DNA from: Nitrososphaerota archaeon
GTDB taxonomy: Archaea > Thermoproteota > Nitrososphaeria_A > Caldarchaeales > Calditenuaceae
NCBI GenBank assembly: GCA_033581555.1
Contig: JAVQSZ010000012.1
Coordinates: forward strand, 1 to 11,817
Reading direction: 5' to 3'
Length of the DNA stretch: 11,817 nucleotides
Part shown: positions 7,676-11,817 of the stretch, one piece after another
How the letters are laid out: each line of letters starts with the position of its first letter
How positions within the stretch are numbered: the first letter of the stretch is position 1
Made by a program: the position numbers and the translations under genes
Notes under the pieces: generated by a model
The model's database searches: none
What the model saw: the letters and a program-made list of their open reading frames with translations, nothing else
Told to the model about the DNA's origin: nothing

Positions 7676-7692
7676 GTGAAATTTTATAATTT
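7676..7692 (+). promoter_or_regulatory. BRE/TATA promoter of the DUF763 gene
   Basis: GTGAAA-TTTTATAA-TTT; the TATA ends about 23 nt before ATG 7713. Confidence 0.7.
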
Positions 7693-7712
7693 GGAGGAGA
7701 ACTAAAGGCAGC

Positions 7713-8810
7713 ATGCGGTGGTCCTCGGGTGTGATCGACCCCCACCGCCGAAGGGTCTCGAAGAACGTCTACGAGCGGCTCAGGGTCGAGCTGAGGAGGG
7801 TCTCAGACTCGTTCATAGGCTACTTCGGGCCGGAAAGGTTCGTCGAGCTCCTCGGGGACCCGGCGGGGCTGAGGGCCGTCTCGCTCCTGATGGGCGAGGA
7901 GAGGCTGAGCACCGGCTCGATCGAGCTGCTCTTCAGGCTCCTCAAGGACGTCTTGAAGCCGGAGTGGCAGGTCGGGGTAGTAGGAGGTTCCGTGAACGAG
8001 AGGTTCAGGGTGCCGGACGAGCTCGAGGAGCTCTCGACGTACATGGGGCTGGCGACGAGGGAGGTGGAGGCCCTTAAGCTCGCGAGCAGGATGACCGCGA
8101 AGGTGGACGGCGTCGCGGTCCAGGACGGATACGACCTCTACCTCCACGTGATGGTCTTCTCCACGTCGGGCGAGTGGTCGGTCATTCAGGTCGGCCACAA
8201 GAGCGTCCTGGGGAGGCTCTACCAGTGGTACTCCGGCAGGGTGAGGGACAAGTCGATGATCGATGAGCCCCACGCGATGATACTTGCCGACTCGAGGAGC
8301 AGGTACAGCTTGGACTTCACGAACTCCAAGAACGTCGAGCTCAGGGAGCGCTCGCTGAGCGTGCTGGAGGAGCGGGAAGCAGTCCTCAGGAGGGTCCAGA
8401 ACTCCTACAGGCCGGCCGCGCAGAGGTCCCTCGCGGAGTTCGTGGAGGGCCTACAGGACGGTGACAACCCGCTCGCGCAACCCGTGAGGGTCAAGTGGAG
8501 CGTGATATCCCAGCTCAAGGCATCGCCGCCTGAGTCCTTCGAGGAGCTCCTGAAGACTAGGGGGGTCGGGAAGGAGACGCTGAGGTTCCTGGCGATATGC
8601 TCGGTGGTCCTCTATCGCGTGGTCCCGTCGTTAGAGGACAGGGCGGTGGTGAGCGTCGATAGGGTTGCCCTCGGTCCCGAGTCGGAACAGCTGGTCTACG
8701 ACCTGAAGGAGGCGGTGAAGTTCTCGGGGCTGCCAGAGGTCGTGGTCGAGGAGCACGTCGTGAGGCTCGAGGGGCTGTTGGAGTCGCTGTTCGGCGAGAG
8801 GAAGAACTGA
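7713..8810 (+). CDS. DUF763-family protein (divergent), with helix-hairpin-helix-like motif
   Basis: Core SRMTAKVDGVAVQDGYDLYLHVMVFSTSGEWSVIQVG...RLYQW...IDEPH resembles DUF763, as do FGPERFVELLGDP and PPESFEELLKTRGVGKETLRFLA. Confidence 0.8.
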   Translation: MRWSSGVIDPHRRRVSKNVYERLRVELRRVSDSFIGYFGPERFVELLGDPAGLRAVSLLMGEERLSTGSIELLFRLLKDVLKPEWQVGVVGGSVNERFRVPDELEELSTYMGLATREVEALKLASRMTAKVDGVAVQDGYDLYLHVMVFSTSGEWSVIQVGHKSVLGRLYQWYSGRVRDKSMIDEPHAMILADSRSRYSLDFTNSKNVELRERSLSVLEEREAVLRRVQNSYRPAAQRSLAEFVEGLQDGDNPLAQPVRVKWSVISQLKASPPESFEELLKTRGVGKETLRFLAICSVVLYRVVPSLEDRAVVSVDRVALGPESEQLVYDLKEAVKFSGLPEVVVEEHVVRLEGLLESLFGERKN

Positions 8811-8825
8811 GACGAGCACTGGCGT

Positions 8826-9149
8826 TCAGAAGCTCAGGCCCAGGAGCTCCCTGGCCTCTTCGGACATCCTGTCGGGCGTCCAGGGAGGGTTGAAGGTGAG
8901 CTCGACGTCCACCTTCTTCACCGAGGGTATCATCGACATGATCGCGCCCTTCACCTGCTCGACAACCAGGAAACCGACGGGGCAGCCGGGCGCGGTGAGG
9001 GTCATCTTGACGTAGACCGACTTCTCCTCCTTGTTGATCTGTATGTCGTAGATCAGGCCGAGGTCGACGATGTTGACCGGTATCTCTGGGTCGTAACACA
9101 TCTTCAAGGCCTCTATCACCTTCTCCAGCGTGATCTCCTCCTCGGCCAT
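8826..9149 (-). CDS. DUF59 / FeS assembly P (SufT/PaaD-like) metal-sulfur cluster biosynthesis protein
   Basis: Motifs YDPEIPVNIVDLGLIY, MTLTAPGCP and FNPPWTPDRMSEEAR. Confidence 0.93.
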   Translation of the reverse strand: MAEEEITLEKVIEALKMCYDPEIPVNIVDLGLIYDIQINKEEKSVYVKMTLTAPGCPVGFLVVEQVKGAIMSMIPSVKKVDVELTFNPPWTPDRMSEEARELLGLSF

Positions 9150-9155
9150 CGGCGG

Positions 9156-10403
9156 TCAGAGCTCCAGGGTCCGAGATGAACTTATTCCCTCAAGCCGAGA
9201 CCGTTGGTCGCGAGCCCTCGCGAGGTACTCCTCGACCGGGACGGTCTCGTTCCAAGCGATGAACGCGGGGTTCGGGTCCTTCAGGTGGTGACCGGTGGCG
9301 ATGCAGACGTAGGCGACGTCCCGGGGGAGCTCTCCGGACTCGACCTTGGACTTCAGGAGCGCGACGGGAGCGGCCCCGGCGGGCTCGGTCGCGACCCCCT
9401 CGGTGGTGGCCATCAGCCTCATCGCCTCGAGTATCTCCGCGTCGTCGACCTCGTAGATCGACCCACCTGAACGCCTCACGGCCCTCACCGCCCTCTTCCA
9501 GTTCACTGGTCTGCCTATCCTGATCGCGGACGCGACCGTTTGGGGGTCGTCGACCCAGGTGGGCTCCTCGAGGCCGAGCCTCATCATCCTCGCCAGCGGT
9601 GCAGCTCCGGAGGACTGAACCCCGATCATCCTCGGGAGCTCGCTGACCAGGCCGTGAAGGTGCAGCTCCTCGAAGCCCTTCCAGATCGCGGAGATGTTCC
9701 CCGCGTTCCCGACCGGGACGACGACGTCGAAGGAGGTGTCCCCGGAAGTCTGCTCCCAGAGCTCGAAGGCGGTGGTCTTCTGGCCCTCGAGCCTCCAGGG
9801 GTTGACGGAGTTGAGGACGTAAGCGCCGATCGACTCGGCTTCGCTGAGGGCGGTCCTGAGGGCGTCGTCGAAGGTCCCGGAGACCTCACAGACTACCGCG
9901 CCGAAGAGCCTGGCCTGGAAGAGCTTCCCCAACGCGACCTTGCCTTTCGGGACCAGGACCGCACACTCGAGCCCGGCCCTCGCCGCATAGGCCGCGAGCG
10001 AGGCCGCGGTGTTGCCGGTGGAGGCGCAGACTACCCTGCTCGCGCCGGCCCTGAGCGCGACCGTGACGCCGACGCTGATCCCCCTGTCCTTGAAGCTCCC
10101 GGTCGGGTTGGTCCCCTCGAGCTTGACGTAGAGCTCCCGGACGCCGACCGCCTTAGCGAGCCGGTCGCACCGGACCAGCCTCGTCATCCCCTCGCCGAGG
10201 GTGACGGGACTCCCGAGGTCGGGGAGGAGCTCGGCGTACCTCCAGATGCTCTGGACCCTACCGGAGAGGGAGCTTAGGGAGAAGGCCCTATCGGCCTCGA
10301 CGCGGACCTCGAGCGGCCCACTGCACCTCCTGCACCTGTAGCTCCTGAGGTCGAGCCCGTGGTCCTCGGAGCACTCGATGCAGACGACGGTGAGGCGCTT
10401 CAC
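9156..10403 (-). CDS. thrC: Threonine synthase (PLP-dependent, N-terminal Zn ribbon)
   Basis: CIEC...CRRC ribbon, SIWRY, TLGEGMT, EGTNPTGSFKDRG (PLP Lys), CASTGNTAAS, NSVNPWRLEGQKT, VPVGNAGN, ASAIRIGRP and ATGHHLKDP. GTG start with SD GGGAG. Confidence 0.92.
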   Translation of the reverse strand: MKRLTVVCIECSEDHGLDLRSYRCRRCSGPLEVRVEADRAFSLSSLSGRVQSIWRYAELLPDLGSPVTLGEGMTRLVRCDRLAKAVGVRELYVKLEGTNPTGSFKDRGISVGVTVALRAGASRVVCASTGNTAASLAAYAARAGLECAVLVPKGKVALGKLFQARLFGAVVCEVSGTFDDALRTALSEAESIGAYVLNSVNPWRLEGQKTTAFELWEQTSGDTSFDVVVPVGNAGNISAIWKGFEELHLHGLVSELPRMIGVQSSGAAPLARMMRLGLEEPTWVDDPQTVASAIRIGRPVNWKRAVRAVRRSGGSIYEVDDAEILEAMRLMATTEGVATEPAGAAPVALLKSKVESGELPRDVAYVCIATGHHLKDPNPAFIAWNETVPVEEYLARARDQRSRLEGISSSRTLEL

Positions 10404-10413
10404 TCTCCCTACC

Positions 10414-10608
10414 CTAGCTCAGGATCGCCAGGACTCCCGCGACGACCAGCGCTACGCCGACGAACCCTGCGAGGGCCTGAATGACCGGATCCAGCGCGTA
10501 ACTCAGCGAGAGGAGGCCCGAGAGCAGACTCAGACCCGCGTACACCGCACCGGCGCCCGCCGCCTTCGCGATCAGCCTGACGGCCAGCGACTGGATCCTC
10601 GACGACAA
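10414..10608 (-). CDS. Small 2-TM membrane protein (64 aa)
   Basis: Hydrophobic C-terminal part of the 10414..11076 ORF: LSSRIQSLAVRLIAKAAGAGAVYAGLSLLSGLLSLSYALDPVIQALAGFVGVALVVAGVLAILS. In-frame TTG at 10608 with GGTGG upstream and TATA-like CTTTTAGT about 30 nt upstream. The stop lies 10 nt before the thrC start. Confidence 0.6.
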   Translation of the reverse strand: MSSRIQSLAVRLIAKAAGAGAVYAGLSLLSGLLSLSYALDPVIQALAGFVGVALVVAGVLAILS

Positions 10609-10636
10609 GGGCCCACCGCGGCTACGGGCTCCGGGG

Positions 10637-10696
10637 ACTAAAAGAGGTTTGCGGAGAGCGACCGGGATTCCGCCCGGTCCAAGCAACGGTATAATA
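10637..10696. promoter_or_regulatory. Divergent promoter region (thrC operon / rpl32e) with a central inverted repeat
   Basis: Minus strand CGCAAACC-T-CTTTTAGT with the TATA-like element at 10637-10644. Plus strand TATAATA at 10690-10696. Inverted repeat GACCGGG-attccg-CCCGGTC at 10660-10679. Confidence 0.55.
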
Positions 10697-10721
10697 GGAG
10701 TCCGGCGAAACGGAGACGCCG

Positions 10722-11135
10722 ATGTCGGAGGAGCAGCGGCAGGCGAGGCCGAAGGCCGCGGTGAAGGTCCCGAAGAGGGTGCTGAGGGCGAGGAAGGAGA
10801 GGCCGGAGTTCCAGAGGCAGGAGTCCTGGAGGTACGGGAGGCTCGAGACCGGCTGGAGGAGACCGAGGGGGAAGGACAGCAAGATGAGGCTCCAAGCGAG
10901 GGGGTGGCCGGCCCTGGTGAAGGTGGGTTACAGGTCTCCGAGGAGGTACAGAGGTCTCCACCCATCGGGGTTCGTGGAGGTCCTGGTTCACAACGTCGGA
11001 GAGCTCGAGGGCCTTGACCCCGAGGTGCACGCGGTGAGGATCGCGGGGAACGTTGGAAGGAGGAAGGCGATCGCAATAAACGAGGCGGCGGTGGCTAAGG
11101 GCCTAAGGGTGCTGAACCCGGCAGTGTCGGAGTGA
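10722..11135 (+). CDS. rpl32e: 50S ribosomal protein L32e
   Basis: RPEFQRQESWRYGRL..GWRRPRGKDSKMR...VKVGYRSPRRYRGLHPSGFVEVLVHNVGEL...AVRIAGNVGRRK...GLRVLNP. Confidence 0.97.
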   Translation: MSEEQRQARPKAAVKVPKRVLRARKERPEFQRQESWRYGRLETGWRRPRGKDSKMRLQARGWPALVKVGYRSPRRYRGLHPSGFVEVLVHNVGELEGLDPEVHAVRIAGNVGRRKAIAINEAAVAKGLRVLNPAVSE

Positions 11136-11181
11136 GCAGCTGACCAGCGAACCGAGCGACCTCGGAGCTCTCCACGCACTC

Positions 11182-11215
11182 CTTTTAACCCGGCTAACCG
11201 GAAGAACAAGGGGAG
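11182..11215 (+). promoter_or_regulatory. TATA-like element and SD of the coiled-coil gene
   Basis: CTTTTAAC at 11182-11189, about 27 nt upstream of ATG 11216. Purine tract AAGGGGAG directly before the ATG. Confidence 0.55.
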
Positions 11216-11817
11216 ATGGCTGCCGAGCTCAAGAAAGAGATCCTGAGGCTCCTCAAGGAGGACCTGGAGTTCAGGTACGCGATAGCGGGGCTGCTGGGTC
11301 TGGAGGAGGTACTGAGGAGGCTCGACAGGATCGAGGAGAACATCTTCAGGCTCTGGGAGGAGGTAAAGTCGCTCAGAGAGGAGACCAGGAAGCTCTGGGA
11401 GAACCAGAACAAGTTATGGGAGAACCAGGAGAAGCTATGGCAGGAAGTCAAGTCGCTCAGAGAGGGCCAGGAGAAGCTCTGGGAGAACCAGGAGAAGCTA
11501 TGGGAAGAGGTAAGGGCCCTGCGTGAGAACCAGGAGAAGCTCTGGGAGAACCAGAACAAGTTATGGGAGAACCAGGAGAAGCTATGGCAGGAAGTCAAGT
11601 CGCTCAGGGAGGAGACCAGGAAGCTATGGGTCAGCCACGAATCGCTGAAGAGGTACGTGAGGTCAGGGTTCACCGAGCTGAGGAGGGCCCTGGGCGTGAC
11701 GTTCGAGATGCACGCAGCGGCATACATCGAGGTGCTACTCGAGGAGATGGGCTATCCGGACGCAAGGGTGACGAAGCGGTACTTCGCGAGGGACGGCGAG
11801 ATCGTGGAGGTTGACCT
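11216..11817 (+). CDS. Heptad-repeat coiled-coil protein (paREP15/DUF3782-like) with probable C-terminal PD-(D/E)XK nuclease; 3'-truncated
   Basis: Not in the ORF track because there is no stop in the window. Manual translation: MAAELKKEILRLLKEDLEFRYAIAGLLGLEEVLRRLDRIEENIFRLW-[13 heptads]-VSHESLKRYVRSGFTELRRALGVTFEMHAAAYIEVLLEEMGYPDARVTKRYFARDGEIVEVD. The L-L-x-E-D-x-E-F-R-Y-A-x-A-G-L-L-G head is typical of archaeal repetitive coiled-coil families. LG..FE and EVD resemble nuclease motifs I and II. Confidence 0.85.
   Translation, partial: MAAELKKEILRLLKEDLEFRYAIAGLLGLEEVLRRLDRIEENIFRLWEEVKSLREETRKLWENQNKLWENQEKLWQEVKSLREGQEKLWENQEKLWEEVRALRENQEKLWENQNKLWENQEKLWQEVKSLREETRKLWVSHESLKRYVRSGFTELRRALGVTFEMHAAAYIEVLLEEMGYPDARVTKRYFARDGEIVEVD
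11357..11629 (+). repeat. Coding tandem repeat: 13 x 21 nt heptad modules
   Basis: Units EEVKSLR, EETRKLW, ENQNKLW, ENQEKLW, QEVKSLR, EGQEKLW, ENQEKLW, EEVRALR, ENQEKLW, ENQNKLW, ENQEKLW, QEVKSLR, EETRKLW. Includes an exact 72-nt direct repeat at 11389-11460 and 11536-11607 (offset 147 nt = 7 heptads). Confidence 0.95.

Noticed and set aside
10609-11076. N-terminal part of the 220-aa minus-strand ORF and other ORFs overlapping rpl32e
   Set aside because: Low-complexity shadows of rpl32e. Only the final 64 codons have a plausible start signal and membrane-protein character.
11357-11629. Possible CRISPR array or DGR template/variable repeat pair
   Set aside because: Units are contiguous 21-mers without unique spacers and keep a coding frame. 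The 72-nt copies are identical with no adenine-specific differences, and no cas or RT gene is in the window.
11194-11814. 177-aa minus-strand ORF with SFSWFS repeats and 83-aa plus-strand ORF
   Set aside because: Antisense and out-of-frame reads of the coiled-coil gene starting at 11216.
1-11817. Frequent TCGA-containing palindromes (CTCGAG, GTCGAC, GTCGAG)
   Set aside because: Plausibly explained by codon pairs CTC/GTC/ATC + GAG/GAC in a GC-rich genome. No positional pattern seen and enrichment was not computed.

Overview
GC-rich archaeal chromosomal region: thermosome, Rpo6/RpoK, L32e, MptA/MptE and TATA/BRE-like promoters. The gene set is compatible with a TACK lineage such as Aigarchaeota/Caldarchaeales, but that placement is inference only. 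Gene order: partial CBS-domain gene (+); mptE, mptA and a YqgF/RNase H-fold hypothetical (-); GT2 membrane glycosyltransferase (+); 4-TM two-His membrane protein coupled to a MoaD/SAMP ubiquitin-like protein (-); degenerate CBS protein, thermosome, rpoK and a divergent DUF763 (+); DUF59, thrC and a small membrane protein (-); stand-alone rpl32e (+); and a 3'-truncated heptad-repeat coiled-coil gene with a probable PD-(D/E)XK nuclease domain (+) that the ORF track misses. Most of the window is housekeeping. The most unusual items are: a ubiquitin-like protein whose diglycine is capped (GG-AE) and coupled to a CtaA-half-like membrane protein; the modular 21-nt repeat array in the coiled-coil gene; and the motif-degenerate DUF763 with palindromes at its promoter. 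No rRNA, tRNA, CRISPR array or IS element was seen. All family calls come from motif recognition by eye, not from database searches.
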